A stretch of 64,000 nucleotides of DNA from Acidimicrobiia bacterium (GTDB taxonomy: Bacteria > Actinomycetota > Acidimicrobiia > Spongiisociales > SHLN01), in contig JBFKDW010000002.1 in the NCBI GenBank assembly GCA_041619515.1, positions 53,369-117,368 on the forward strand. Direction: 5' to 3'. The position numbers and the translations under genes are program-made. Shown here one piece after another: positions 10,511 to 19,782 of the stretch; position 1 is the first letter of the stretch; every line of letters begins with the position of its first letter. A model generated the notes under the pieces. It did not search any database, was not told the DNA's origin, and was given only the letters and a program-made list of their open reading frames with translations.

Positions 10511-11830
10511 ATGAGCCGATCAGTACGTCGTCGTTTGCAGCTCTTGGCCGTATTGGCCGCCCTGGCGCTGGTCGCCACCGCCTGCGGTGGGGACGACTCG
10601 AGCGATACCACTGCCGGCCCCTCGGCCACCACGTCGACGACCGCCGGAGGCGGCGGCGACGCCACGACTACGACCGAGGCCATGAACGACGAGCCGATCG
10701 TGGTGGGCGGGTCCCTCGCCCTCACCGGGTTCCTCGCCCCCACTGCCGCCATTCACAAGGTTGCCGGTGACCTGTTCGTTGAGCGGCTCAACGCTTCCGG
10801 CGGCCTGCTGGGGCGGCCCGTCGTGTGGGACGTTCGCGACGACGAGTCGGTCCCCGACCAGGCGGCCTCTCTCTACGAACGGCTCATCAGCGAGGAAGGC
10901 GTCGACCTCATCCTCGGCCCGTACGGAACCGGCACCATCACGGCTGCGATGGCGGTCGCAGAGCGGGAGGGCTTCGTGTTCCCGCACCACACCGCCAGCC
11001 TCACCTACGCCTACACCTACGCCTGTCACTTCCCGACCTGGCCGGTCGGGCTCAAGACCAACATCAGCAATCCGAACATCGTGTACGACGCCCTCGAAGC
11101 GTCCGGCAACCCGCCCGAGACGATTGCGTTCGTGATGAACGAATTCCCGGGCACGCAGCTGATCGCGTACGGCCCGCCCGGCTCCGACGAGGGGGGAGCG
11201 ATCTCGGAAGCCAGAAAGCGCGGCTGGGACGTCGTCGCCGAGATCAACTTCCCCACCGGCACGAGTGATTGGGCTCCGATCGCCGCCCAGGTCGCCCAGG
11301 CAGACCCAGACTTCATCTATGTGGGGGCACTCGGAGTGGACGGCCCCAACCTGCTGACGGCGCTCGATGCCATCGGATACGCGCCGCGTGGGCACTTCTA
11401 CCAATGGCCGGCGCCGGGGCCGATGCTGGGCGCTCCCAACGCCGAGGGAGCCTTCTCGGTCGCCACCTTCGAACCCCATGCTCCATTCACCGACGACCCG
11501 GAAGCCGCTGAGATTTCTCAGCAGTTCGCCGAAGCTGCGGCCGCTGCCGGTCTGCCGTACACGGCCTTTGAGACCCAGGCCAGCGTCTCGTGGGTGGCGT
11601 GGGAAGTGCTGGTGGCCGGTGTCGAGGGTGCCGGGAGCCTCGATCAGGATGCCATCTGCGACTACCTGATCAACAACCCGATTGACACGCTGCTCGGAAC
11701 GATCGACTTCAATCCGGACGAGCAGAACTATTACGGCGACCTGTCGGTTGTGAAGCAAATCCAGAACGGTGAGTGGATCGTGGTCCATCCTGCGAATGTG
11801 GCCAAGCCGGGAACCGCTCCGATCCTGTAG
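10511..11830 (+). CDS. ABC transporter substrate-binding lipoprotein (LivJ/LivK-like, type I periplasmic binding protein)
   Basis: AGGAGG SD at 10501-10506, 4 nt before the ATG at 10511. Signal peptide with lipobox LVATAC, followed by a Thr/Gly-rich linker and a Leu/Ile/Val-binding-protein-like body. Confidence 0.8.
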   Translation: MSRSVRRRLQLLAVLAALALVATACGGDDSSDTTAGPSATTSTTAGGGGDATTTTEAMNDEPIVVGGSLALTGFLAPTAAIHKVAGDLFVERLNASGGLLGRPVVWDVRDDESVPDQAASLYERLISEEGVDLILGPYGTGTITAAMAVAEREGFVFPHHTASLTYAYTYACHFPTWPVGLKTNISNPNIVYDALEASGNPPETIAFVMNEFPGTQLIAYGPPGSDEGGAISEARKRGWDVVAEINFPTGTSDWAPIAAQVAQADPDFIYVGALGVDGPNLLTALDAIGYAPRGHFYQWPAPGPMLGAPNAEGAFSVATFEPHAPFTDDPEAAEISQQFAEAAAAAGLPYTAFETQASVSWVAWEVLVAGVEGAGSLDQDAICDYLINNPIDTLLGTIDFNPDEQNYYGDLSVVKQIQNGEWIVVHPANVAKPGTAPIL

Positions 11831-11897
11831 CCATTGTCGGTCATGAGGTGGGAGGGCGAACCGGCCCTCCCACCACGACTCCACAGGCAGTCATCCG

Positions 11898-12773
11898 ATG
11901 AATGAGGTTCTCAACCAGGCGATTGTCTCGGGCCTCCTCATCGGTGGCCTCTACGCGGTCATGTCGGTGGGGATCTCGCTCACCTGGGGTGTTCTCAAGA
12001 TCATCAACCTGGCGCATTTCTCGTTCGTGCTGCTGGGCGCCTATGTGACGTACGAGCTCACGACATCATTTGGCTGGGATCCGCTCCTGGCGCTCCTCGT
12101 GGTCATCCCGGGCGGGTTCCTCACCGGCATGATCATGCAGATCTTCTTCGAGCTGGCCAAGGTGGACGAGTTCCAGTCGCTCATCATCAGCTTCGGGATC
12201 TTCATCATCTTCCAGAGCATTACCCGGACCATCTGGTCGGCGGACTTTCGCCGGATCGGAGGTGATCTCAACCGGTACGAGTCGATGTCGTTCTTCATCG
12301 GCGACATCGCCGTGCAGGTGGCTCCGCTGCTCGCCTTTTGCGTAGCCGTGGCGATCGCCGTCGGCATGTCACTCCTGCTCGGCCGCACCTATTTCGGCAA
12401 GGCGGTGCGCGCCATCGTGGACGATCCTGAGATTGCCCGCGCCTACGGAATCGACGTTCGGAGGGTGGCGGTCATCCTGTCGGGCCTCGCCACCGCCTTC
12501 TCTGCTACCGCCGGAGTGTTCATCGCCACCTTCCAGTCCCTCACTCCCAACATGTCGTTCGGATGGTTCGGCATCGTGTTTCCGGTGGTCATCCTCGGTG
12601 GGCTGGGCAGCGCAGTCGGCGCCCTCGGAGCGGGAGTGATCGTCGGCGTGGCCGCCGGTGTTGCCACCACAGAGTGGGGGCCGCTCAGCGCCTCACTCGT
12701 GACCTTCCTCATTCTCATCGGCGCACTTCTCTTTCGTCCCCAGGGTCTGTTCACTCGGGAGAGCTCGACATGA
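11898..12773 (+). CDS. ABC transporter permease, LivH family
   Basis: LivH-like TM pattern (IINLAHFSFVLLGAY). Confidence 0.85.
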   Translation: MNEVLNQAIVSGLLIGGLYAVMSVGISLTWGVLKIINLAHFSFVLLGAYVTYELTTSFGWDPLLALLVVIPGGFLTGMIMQIFFELAKVDEFQSLIISFGIFIIFQSITRTIWSADFRRIGGDLNRYESMSFFIGDIAVQVAPLLAFCVAVAIAVGMSLLLGRTYFGKAVRAIVDDPEIARAYGIDVRRVAVILSGLATAFSATAGVFIATFQSLTPNMSFGWFGIVFPVVILGGLGSAVGALGAGVIVGVAAGVATTEWGPLSASLVTFLILIGALLFRPQGLFTRESST

Positions 12774-13927
12774 CGACACGGGGGAAGGCGCTCATCGGAT
12801 TCGCAGTGGTGGCAGTCGTCTTGAACCTGGTGCCGACGCTCGTCGAGGCTTTCGACGCCCCCGGCTTCTATGTGACCTTCATGTTCACCGCCTTCTTCTG
12901 GATCGCCCAGGCGGTGAGCTGGAACATCCTCACCGGCTACTCGGGCTATTTCTCTTTCGGCCAGGGCGCGTGGTTCGGGATCGGGGTATACACGACCGGA
13001 ATCCTGGCGGTAAAGCACGGGTGGCCGTTCCTGCTGGCGCTGCCCGTAGCCGGCGTCCTGGCGGGCCTCTCCGGCCTGGTCCTCGGCATGGTGGTGTTCC
13101 GACTTCGCAAGCTGGGTGGGGAGATATTCGCTCTCACCACGCTCGCCATCGCCTTCGTCCTGGCCTCGGTGGCCCGCCTGTATTCGTTCATCGACGGCGG
13201 CCGCGGGATCTTCATGACCGGCACACCGTTGCCGGAGTTCCTGGGCGATTTCCGCACGGCCATGTTCCGCATGACCTTTGTGGTGGCGTTTCTCACCGTG
13301 CTGACCGCGTACCTCCTCTACGAATCGCGCATCGGCTGGGGCCTGTTCGCGATTCGAGACGACGAGCCGGTCGCCCACGGACTCGGAGTACCCGTGTTCC
13401 GGTACAAGATGCTCGCCCTCGGCATCAATGCGCTTTTCGGCGGCCTCATGGGCGGGGTGTGGTCGCTGCAGATCGGGTTCGTCACCGTCGACGATGTCTT
13501 CAACATCCGGGTGCCGCTCTTCGTGATCCTCATGAGTGTCCTCGGCGGGATGAAACACTGGATGGGTCCGGTCGTCGGCGCAGTCATCATCTATTCGCTC
13601 ACCGACCGTCTCAACAGCGCCGGGCTCGAGGATCTCAACCAGGTCATCATCGGCGGGCTTCTCATCGTCCTCGTGCTGGCCGTCAGGGAGGGCATCTACC
13701 TGCGGCTTCGTGAAAGGTGGAAGCTCTCGCTGGCCGTCTTCGCCGCCGCCATGGCCATCTGGACGATCTTCGACCTGGCAACGTCGCTCATTTGGGACTT
13801 CTCCTATGCCTCCCTCATCACCGTCGGAGTGGCGCTGCTGCCGTCCCGCCGGCGCCCCGGCGAGAGCGAGCCGCCTTCCGCCGGCGTGCCGCAGACGGCG
13901 GCCGCCTCTGATCGGAGCCCGCCGTGA
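12770..13927 (+). CDS. ABC transporter permease, LivM family
   Basis: Motif WNILTGYSGYFSFGQGAWFGIGVY. ATG at 12770 overlaps the LivH stop (ATGA). Confidence 0.8.
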   Translation: MTTRGKALIGFAVVAVVLNLVPTLVEAFDAPGFYVTFMFTAFFWIAQAVSWNILTGYSGYFSFGQGAWFGIGVYTTGILAVKHGWPFLLALPVAGVLAGLSGLVLGMVVFRLRKLGGEIFALTTLAIAFVLASVARLYSFIDGGRGIFMTGTPLPEFLGDFRTAMFRMTFVVAFLTVLTAYLLYESRIGWGLFAIRDDEPVAHGLGVPVFRYKMLALGINALFGGLMGGVWSLQIGFVTVDDVFNIRVPLFVILMSVLGGMKHWMGPVVGAVIIYSLTDRLNSAGLEDLNQVIIGGLLIVLVLAVREGIYLRLRERWKLSLAVFAAAMAIWTIFDLATSLIWDFSYASLITVGVALLPSRRRPGESEPPSAGVPQTAAASDRSPP

Positions 13928-14655
13928 ATGCGCTGACCGGCACCGGCATCGTCAAGCACTTCGGGGGCATCAAGGCCCTGGATGGGGTCGACGTCGCCAT
14001 CGAGGAAGGGAAGATCCTCGGCCTGGTCGGCCCCAACGGCTCGGGCAAATCGACGCTCATCAACGTCCTCAGCGGCTTCTACCCGGCCGACCAGGGGAAG
14101 GTCGACTTCGGCGGCGCCGATCTCCTCCGGCTCGGCCCGCACGAGATCGCAGGTGCCGGCCTGGCCCGGACCTTCCAGATTCCGCGGCCATTCCGGACGA
14201 TGACGGCCCGGGAGAACGTGGCACTCAGCTACATGTTCGGCCAGCGGCGCCATTCCCTGGCCGCGGCTCGCCGGGCGGCCGGACAATGGCTCGAGTTCAC
14301 CGACCTGGAGGAGGTTGGCGACCTCCCGATCGACCAACTCACGCTCCATCAGCTCAAGTTCCTCGAACTGGCCAGGGCCCTGGCGACTGAGCCCACATTG
14401 CTGCTGCTCGACGAGGTGCTGGCCGGCCTCAATCCGACCGAGGTCGAGGAGTCGATCCGCATGATCCAGAGGATCCATGATCAAGGCGTCACCCTCGTCA
14501 TCGTCGAGCACCTCGTCAGGGTGGTGACGGCGCTCTCGTCCACGCTGCTGGTTCTCGACCAGGGTCGTGTCATCGCCCGCGGACATCCCGAGGTTGTGAT
14601 GAAGCAACCCGAGGTCATCCGCGCCTACCTCGGATCGAAGTGGGAACATGCTTGA
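13924..14655 (+). CDS. ABC transporter ATP-binding protein (LivG-like)
   Basis: Walker A GPNGSGKST and LivG-type layout. GTG start overlaps the upstream stop (GTGA). Confidence 0.85.
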   Translation: MNALTGTGIVKHFGGIKALDGVDVAIEEGKILGLVGPNGSGKSTLINVLSGFYPADQGKVDFGGADLLRLGPHEIAGAGLARTFQIPRPFRTMTARENVALSYMFGQRRHSLAAARRAAGQWLEFTDLEEVGDLPIDQLTLHQLKFLELARALATEPTLLLLDEVLAGLNPTEVEESIRMIQRIHDQGVTLVIVEHLVRVVTALSSTLLVLDQGRVIARGHPEVVMKQPEVIRAYLGSKWEHA

Positions 14656-15352
14656 GGTACGCGGCATCGCGGCGGGGTACGGGACGGCCCAGGCTCTGTG
14701 GGACATCGATATCGATGTCGGCGAGGGCGAGATCGTGACTCTGGTGGGTCCAAACGGCGCCGGCAAGAGCACGTTCGTCAATGTGGTCGCCGGACTGAAC
14801 CGGGCCTGGTCCGGGTCGGTCACGCTCGACGGGCTCAACCTCACCGACCTGCCGGCCGCGCAGGTGTGCGGGCACGGGGTCGCCATCGTGCCCGAGGGTC
14901 GCCGGCTCTTCCCCGATCTGACCGTGACCGACAACCTCGACATCGGCGCATACCATCCGGCTGCCCGCGCCAAACGGGACGAAACCTACGACTGGGTGTG
15001 CTCGGTTTTCCCGATCGTGGCGGAACGACGGAATCAGCGGGCCGGCAACTTGAGCGGCGGCCAGCAGCAGATGGTGGCCATCGGCCGCGCCCTCATGGCC
15101 CGACCGCAGCTGCTGCTCCTGGACGAACCGTCATTGGGGCTGGCGCCGGTCATCGTGGAACAGATCTTCGACGTCATTCGCGAGATCAATGAGGGGGGAA
15201 CTTCGGTCCTCATCGTCGAACAGAACGTCGTAGAAGCCCTCGAGCTTGCCTCACGCGCGTATGTCCTCGAGAACGGCCGCATCGTCCGACATGGTGACGC
15301 CGGCGAATTACTCAACGACGAGGGTTTGCAGCAGGCCTACTTCGGGATGTAG
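14648..15352 (+). CDS. ABC transporter ATP-binding protein (LivF-like)
   Basis: Walker A GPNGAGKST, signature LSGGQQQ and Walker B LLLLDEPS. Confidence 0.85.
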   Translation: MLEVRGIAAGYGTAQALWDIDIDVGEGEIVTLVGPNGAGKSTFVNVVAGLNRAWSGSVTLDGLNLTDLPAAQVCGHGVAIVPEGRRLFPDLTVTDNLDIGAYHPAARAKRDETYDWVCSVFPIVAERRNQRAGNLSGGQQQMVAIGRALMARPQLLLLDEPSLGLAPVIVEQIFDVIREINEGGTSVLIVEQNVVEALELASRAYVLENGRIVRHGDAGELLNDEGLQQAYFGM

Positions 15353-15356
15353 CGCT

Positions 15357-16262
15357 TCAGCCAAGGGCGTCTCGGAGGTAGGACCAGTCGCGGGCGAAGC
15401 GGTACGAGTGGCGGGCGGGCGGCTGCGGGGCCTGGGTCTCCAGCCACCTGACGATGCCCGGTCCCGGGTTCGAGAACTCGTGCACGCACCCTACGCCGGC
15501 AAAGGCGATGTCGCCGACCTCCAGCCGGTACCGCTCACCGTCGAAGGCGGCATCGGTCCTGCCCTCCAGGATCATGTACGTCTCCTCGAGGGGATGATCG
15601 TGGGCCCCGGCCACACCGCGTTCCTCGTACTGGACCATGAACATCGTCTGCAGCTGCGCGCCCAGGTCGGAGTCGACCATCATCTTGACCGAGATGCCGC
15701 TGTAGACGAGGAGCGCGGTCCGCATGCTGGCCGACACTGCCAGCATCTCCTGACTCTGCATCTCCGGATCCATGTTCTGAGGCGAGACATGGCCGAACGA
15801 GCGCCAGCGTGGATCACGCGGATCAACCGGATGGGCGTCGGCTTCGGGGAGAGCATTGACAAAGAACGTGTCCTCTCCGAAGCCGGGCTTCGGCTGTGGT
15901 GCGGTCATCACGGCCCAGCGGGCCGGGGCGTCGCCCCCGTTGTTCCACGAGTGCGGAACCGCCACCGGTATGACACCGTAATCGCCGGCCCGCAGCAACA
16001 CCGATCCCTCCCGGGTTCGGCACACGACCTCGCCCTCGAGCACATGGACGGACTCCTCGAAAGAATGGAGGTGGGTGTCGACGGAGCCCCCGGGCTCGAG
16101 GATGCACACTCCGAACCCGGTGTGGACCGCTCCGGGTGTTCGGTGGTCCACCGCCGACCATCGGGTGAAGCCGGAGCTTCGTTCCCGAAACAGGTCGGGC
16201 ACGACGTAGCTGGCGTCGGCCGCACGATGCACGACGTGCCGCAGTGGCTGTTCGGTGCTCAT
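15357..16262 (-). CDS. Bicupin (two cupin domains, both with metal-binding HxH...E / PxG..H...N motifs)
   Basis: Domain 1 has HLHSFEES...PHSWNN. Domain 2 has HDHPLEETYMILEG. 301 aa. GGAGGAG SD lies upstream of the ATG at 16262. Confidence 0.75.
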   Translation of the reverse strand: MSTEQPLRHVVHRAADASYVVPDLFRERSSGFTRWSAVDHRTPGAVHTGFGVCILEPGGSVDTHLHSFEESVHVLEGEVVCRTREGSVLLRAGDYGVIPVAVPHSWNNGGDAPARWAVMTAPQPKPGFGEDTFFVNALPEADAHPVDPRDPRWRSFGHVSPQNMDPEMQSQEMLAVSASMRTALLVYSGISVKMMVDSDLGAQLQTMFMVQYEERGVAGAHDHPLEETYMILEGRTDAAFDGERYRLEVGDIAFAGVGCVHEFSNPGPGIVRWLETQAPQPPARHSYRFARDWSYLRDALG

Positions 16263-16409
16263 ACCTCATCTCCTCCGGGTCCGGGAATCAATCGCACGTC
16301 GCCGGTGACAGGATTTTCGGCCGATCCAGTCGACGGACACGTGTGCCGCCGAGCATACTGGTTCCTCTCCGCCCGGCCCGGTCGGCCGGACGATGCCACA
16401 GGAGGAGAC

Positions 16410-17300
16410 ATGGAACGCCAGACCGCCGCCGGATCCTCATATGCAATCGTCCGGCCGCAAGACGTAACCGGGCGCGCGATCGACGATGGAGTCAGCGACG
16501 GGTTGGAGGTAGCGGTCTACGCCGGCCGCCAGCACGGAACGATTCACCTCGAGACGGCCATCGCCACCCTGGCACCGGGAGGCACGATCGGCGGGCACAT
16601 GCATCCATTCGAGGAGTCGTTCTATATCCTCGAGGGTCGCGGCGTGGTCGTCATCGGCGACATGAGCTACCAGGTGCGGCCCGGCGACTTTGGGTTCGCT
16701 CCCCTTGCCTACCCCCATGCCTGGAACAACCCGTTCGAAGCGCCGCTCCGCTGGCTGCGTGTGCGAGCACCCCAGCCCCGTCCGATCGGCTCACGCCACG
16801 GGACCTACCCCGTCTCCGACATGCAGCCGCCGACGTCGGGTCGGCCCATCGGCATCGAATCGGTCGGCCAGCGGTTCGTGGGGCACTTCGACGATTCCCA
16901 GCTCCCTCCCCCCGGGCCTCTGTCGATGCCCGGCTATCACGGATACAACATCCGCAACGTTTCCGTTCGCATGATGGTGGACGAGCTGCTGGGCGCTCAG
17001 CACCACACGCTCTTCGTGGTGGAGTTCATCCCGAGCACCGTGCAGGGCATGTCGGCCAAGGAGCACTTCCACCCCTTCGAGGAGACCTACTACTTCACGG
17101 CGGGAAGGGCCGACGGGCGGGTGGGGCAGGAACAATGCTCTGTGGCAGCAGGCGACCTCGTGTTTGCCGGAGTCAACACCTCACACGGCTTCACGAACCC
17201 GGGGGACGTGCCGGTGCGCTGGATCGAAGCCCAGGCTCCGAAGCCTCCCGCCTCGAACGGCTCGATCTTCGAAGCCGATTGGCTGGCGCTGGAGGGCTGA
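16410..17300 (+). CDS. Bicupin, paralog of the divergent upstream gene
   Basis: Domain 1 has HMHPFEESFYILEG / PLAYPHAWNN. Domain 2 has HFHPFEETYYF / SHGFTNPG. GGAGGAG SD before the ATG at 16410. The 684-aa ORF-track call is an upstream artefact. Confidence 0.75.
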   Translation: MERQTAAGSSYAIVRPQDVTGRAIDDGVSDGLEVAVYAGRQHGTIHLETAIATLAPGGTIGGHMHPFEESFYILEGRGVVVIGDMSYQVRPGDFGFAPLAYPHAWNNPFEAPLRWLRVRAPQPRPIGSRHGTYPVSDMQPPTSGRPIGIESVGQRFVGHFDDSQLPPPGPLSMPGYHGYNIRNVSVRMMVDELLGAQHHTLFVVEFIPSTVQGMSAKEHFHPFEETYYFTAGRADGRVGQEQCSVAAGDLVFAGVNTSHGFTNPGDVPVRWIEAQAPKPPASNGSIFEADWLALEG

Positions 17301-17401
17301 GGGTCCGGGGACCGCAGCCCGGCCCGGTCGGGCAGCCCGCCTCCTTCTCGGCCACCTCGTCCACGGCGACCCGCCCGAAGCCACCTGTTCAATATCCCGG
17401 C

Positions 17402-17431
17402 TTGACATCCGCCCACCCGCGGGCGCAAAAT
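17402..17431 (+). promoter_or_regulatory. Putative promoter (TTGACA, 18-nt spacer, CAAAAT) for the M24-E1alpha-E1beta operon
   Basis: Consensus -35 hexamer. The operator sits immediately downstream of and overlapping the -10. Confidence 0.4.
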
Positions 17432-17444
17432 GCAAACGTTTGCC
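17431..17444. promoter_or_regulatory. LacI-type operator TGCAAACGTTTGCC (perfect 12-bp palindrome GCAAACGTTTGC)
   Basis: Perfect dyad overlapping the -10/+1 of the adjacent promoter. Confidence 0.55.
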
Positions 17445-17465
17445 GATCGACTTGGAGAGGATGCT

Positions 17466-18719
17466 ATGAGTGAGTTCCCCGTCGCAACAACCCGGGCTCC
17501 GGGGGTCATGGCCGTTGACTGGGAAGACCGGGTCGATTTCGACCGGCTGCGCGAATACCGGATCGGGCGGGTGCGAGAGCAGCTCGAGGCGCACGGTCTC
17601 GGAGCCTTCCTGTTGTTCGAGACCTCCAACATCCGCTACGCCACCGCAACCCAGATCGGGTACTGGGCCTTCAACAAGGGTGAGCGCTGGGCACTCGTGA
17701 CCCGCACGGGCCGGCCTCGCATCTGGGACTTTGGATCGGCAGCCAAAGCCCACCGACTCCAGCTACCCAACCTGTTCGATGACGAGAACTCGATCGGCGG
17801 CAACACCGGATTACAGGGCGCAATCGGTCCGGAGGCCGGCCTCCATGCCCGGGCGGCCGCGGAGATCGCGGCCGCGCTCCGGGACGAAGGAGTAGCCGGC
17901 GAGCCTCTCGGGGTCGACATGGCCGAGACCTCGGTCTTCCTGGCGCTCCAGGCGGAAGGGCTCAAGGTCGTCGACGGCCAGCAGGCGATGATGCACGCCC
18001 GCGAGATCAAGAACGAAGACGAGATCATGCTGCTGAGCCAGGCCAGCGCCATGGTCGACGGCGTGTATCAGGACATCTTCGAGTCGCTCAAGCCTGGCGT
18101 ACGAGAGAGTGATATCGTCGGCCTCGCCCACGCCCGGCTCTTCGAAATGGGATCCGAGTTCGTCGAAGCGATCAACTCGATCGCCGGCGAGCGCTGCTCG
18201 CCCCATCCGCACGTGTTCTCCGATCGCCTCATCCGGCCCGGCGATCAGGCGTACTTCGACATCATCCATGCTTTCAACGGCTACCGGACCTGCTACTACC
18301 GGACGTTTGTGGTCGGCCGGGCGACCCAGTCCCAGCGAGATGCTTTCAAGCAAGCTCGCGAATGGATGGACGATGCCATCGACCTGGTCCGTCCCGGCAA
18401 TACGACCGACATGATCGCCAAGGTGTGGCCGCGGGCGGAGGAGTTCGGCTTCGTCGACGAGATGGATGCCTTCGGGCTGCAATTCGGCCACGGGGTCGGG
18501 GTCGGCCTGCACGAGCGCCCGATCATCTCACGCCTCAACTCGCTCGACGATCCCATCGAGATCAAGGAAGGTATGTACTTCGCGCTCGAGACGTACGCTC
18601 CGGCAGATGATGGCCACTCGGCGGCCCGCATCGAAGAGATGATGGTGGTGACCGCCGACGGTCCCCAGGTGACCACGCTGTTCCCCTGTGAAGAGCTCCT
18701 CGTTGCCAATGAGTACTGA
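17466..18719 (+). CDS. M24 family metallohydrolase (creatinase / Xaa-Pro aminopeptidase-like, with creatinase-type N-terminal domain)
   Basis: C-terminal pita-bread fold with the metal ligand pattern (H...D...D...H...E...E region: HAFNGYRTCYY, FGHGVGVGLHE, YFALETY). SD GGAGAGG lies before the ATG at 17466. Confidence 0.75.
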   Translation: MSEFPVATTRAPGVMAVDWEDRVDFDRLREYRIGRVREQLEAHGLGAFLLFETSNIRYATATQIGYWAFNKGERWALVTRTGRPRIWDFGSAAKAHRLQLPNLFDDENSIGGNTGLQGAIGPEAGLHARAAAEIAAALRDEGVAGEPLGVDMAETSVFLALQAEGLKVVDGQQAMMHAREIKNEDEIMLLSQASAMVDGVYQDIFESLKPGVRESDIVGLAHARLFEMGSEFVEAINSIAGERCSPHPHVFSDRLIRPGDQAYFDIIHAFNGYRTCYYRTFVVGRATQSQRDAFKQAREWMDDAIDLVRPGNTTDMIAKVWPRAEEFGFVDEMDAFGLQFGHGVGVGLHERPIISRLNSLDDPIEIKEGMYFALETYAPADDGHSAARIEEMMVVTADGPQVTTLFPCEELLVANEY

Positions 18720-19782
18720 GGCAACACAGGGGGGAGCCTACGACTACGCGCAGCGGCCGGCGCGGCTTCCCGTGGCCGTCGACCACTCCAACAAGGACCT
18801 GGCCATCCCGCTCGAGACCCGGTTGGCGATGTACGAGCTGCAGCAGGTCCTGCGCCAGTTCGAGAAGCGCGCCTACGACCTGTTCATGCAGAACCTGGTG
18901 AAGGGTACGAGCCACCTGTCGCTCGGGATGGAGGCGGTGGCGGCGGGCTTCGGGCTCGCCCTGCGGCCCGACGATTATGTGTTCGCCACCTACCGGGGCC
19001 ACGCCCACACCATCGCTCGCGGGGCGGCGCTCGGAGAGGTGATGGCCGAGCTCCTCGGGCGCGAGAACGGGCTTCTCAAGGGCAAGGGCGGATCCATGCA
19101 TCTCACAGATGTGGACCGAGGCATGATGGGCAGCTACGCCATCATCGGCGCCCACCTGTGCATCGCCAACGGGGCGGCCTGGAGCGCGCAGATGAGGGGG
19201 ACCGACCAGGTGGCAGTCGCCTTCTTCGGTGATGGAACGACCAACATCGGTGCCTTCCACGAGGCGCTCAACTTCGCCGTCGTATGGAACCTGCCGGTCG
19301 TGTTCGTGTGCGAGAACAACCTCTACATGGAGTACACCCCCATCGACGTGGTCTCGGCCGTGCCCAACCCGGCCGCCGACCGGGGTCCCGCCTATGGGCT
19401 CGACGGGATCGTCGTGGACGGCAACGACGCCGACGCTGTCTACCACGTCGCCTCGCAGGCACTCGCCCGGGCCCGTGCCGGAGATGGGCCCTCCCTCATC
19501 GAAGCCGTCACCTATCGCCATGGCGGACACAGCCGGGCCGATCCCGGCAAGTACCGGCCGGCCGCCGAGGTGGAAGCCTGGCTCGACCGCGACCCCATCC
19601 CCATGTACCACCGGCGCCTTCTCGATCTGGGGGTGGCCGAGGGGGACCTGGCCGCGGTCCAGCAATCGGTCGCAGCCCGGGTGGAGGACGCGACGGAGTA
19701 CGCCAAGGGTGGACGGCCTCCCGGGGAAGAGCACCTGTTCACCGACGTTTGGCACGATGGGGGATCGGCATGGCGGAACTGA
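18709..19782 (+). CDS. Thiamine-diphosphate-dependent 2-oxoacid dehydrogenase E1 component, alpha subunit (PdhA/AcoA-like)
   Basis: TPP-binding motif GDGTTNIGAFHEALNFAVVWNLPVVFVCENN. Start overlaps the stop of the upstream gene. Confidence 0.85.
   Translation: MSTEATQGGAYDYAQRPARLPVAVDHSNKDLAIPLETRLAMYELQQVLRQFEKRAYDLFMQNLVKGTSHLSLGMEAVAAGFGLALRPDDYVFATYRGHAHTIARGAALGEVMAELLGRENGLLKGKGGSMHLTDVDRGMMGSYAIIGAHLCIANGAAWSAQMRGTDQVAVAFFGDGTTNIGAFHEALNFAVVWNLPVVFVCENNLYMEYTPIDVVSAVPNPAADRGPAYGLDGIVVDGNDADAVYHVASQALARARAGDGPSLIEAVTYRHGGHSRADPGKYRPAAEVEAWLDRDPIPMYHRRLLDLGVAEGDLAAVQQSVAARVEDATEYAKGGRPPGEEHLFTDVWHDGGSAWRN

Noticed and set aside
10520-11884. Long antisense ORFs opposite well-supported genes (for example 10520..11884, 43076..44569, 49249..51072, 30539..32182, 35989..37095, 7881..9146)
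   Set aside because: These are typical high-GC antisense open frames. Their translations are Arg/Gly/Pro-rich with no motifs, while the sense strands carry clear family signatures.
15246-17300. 684-aa ORF from the six-frame track
   Set aside because: Only the last 297 codons (from the ATG at 16410, with GGAGGAG SD) form the cupin protein. The upstream part is Arg/Gly-rich, antisense to the divergent bicupin gene, and has no family signature.
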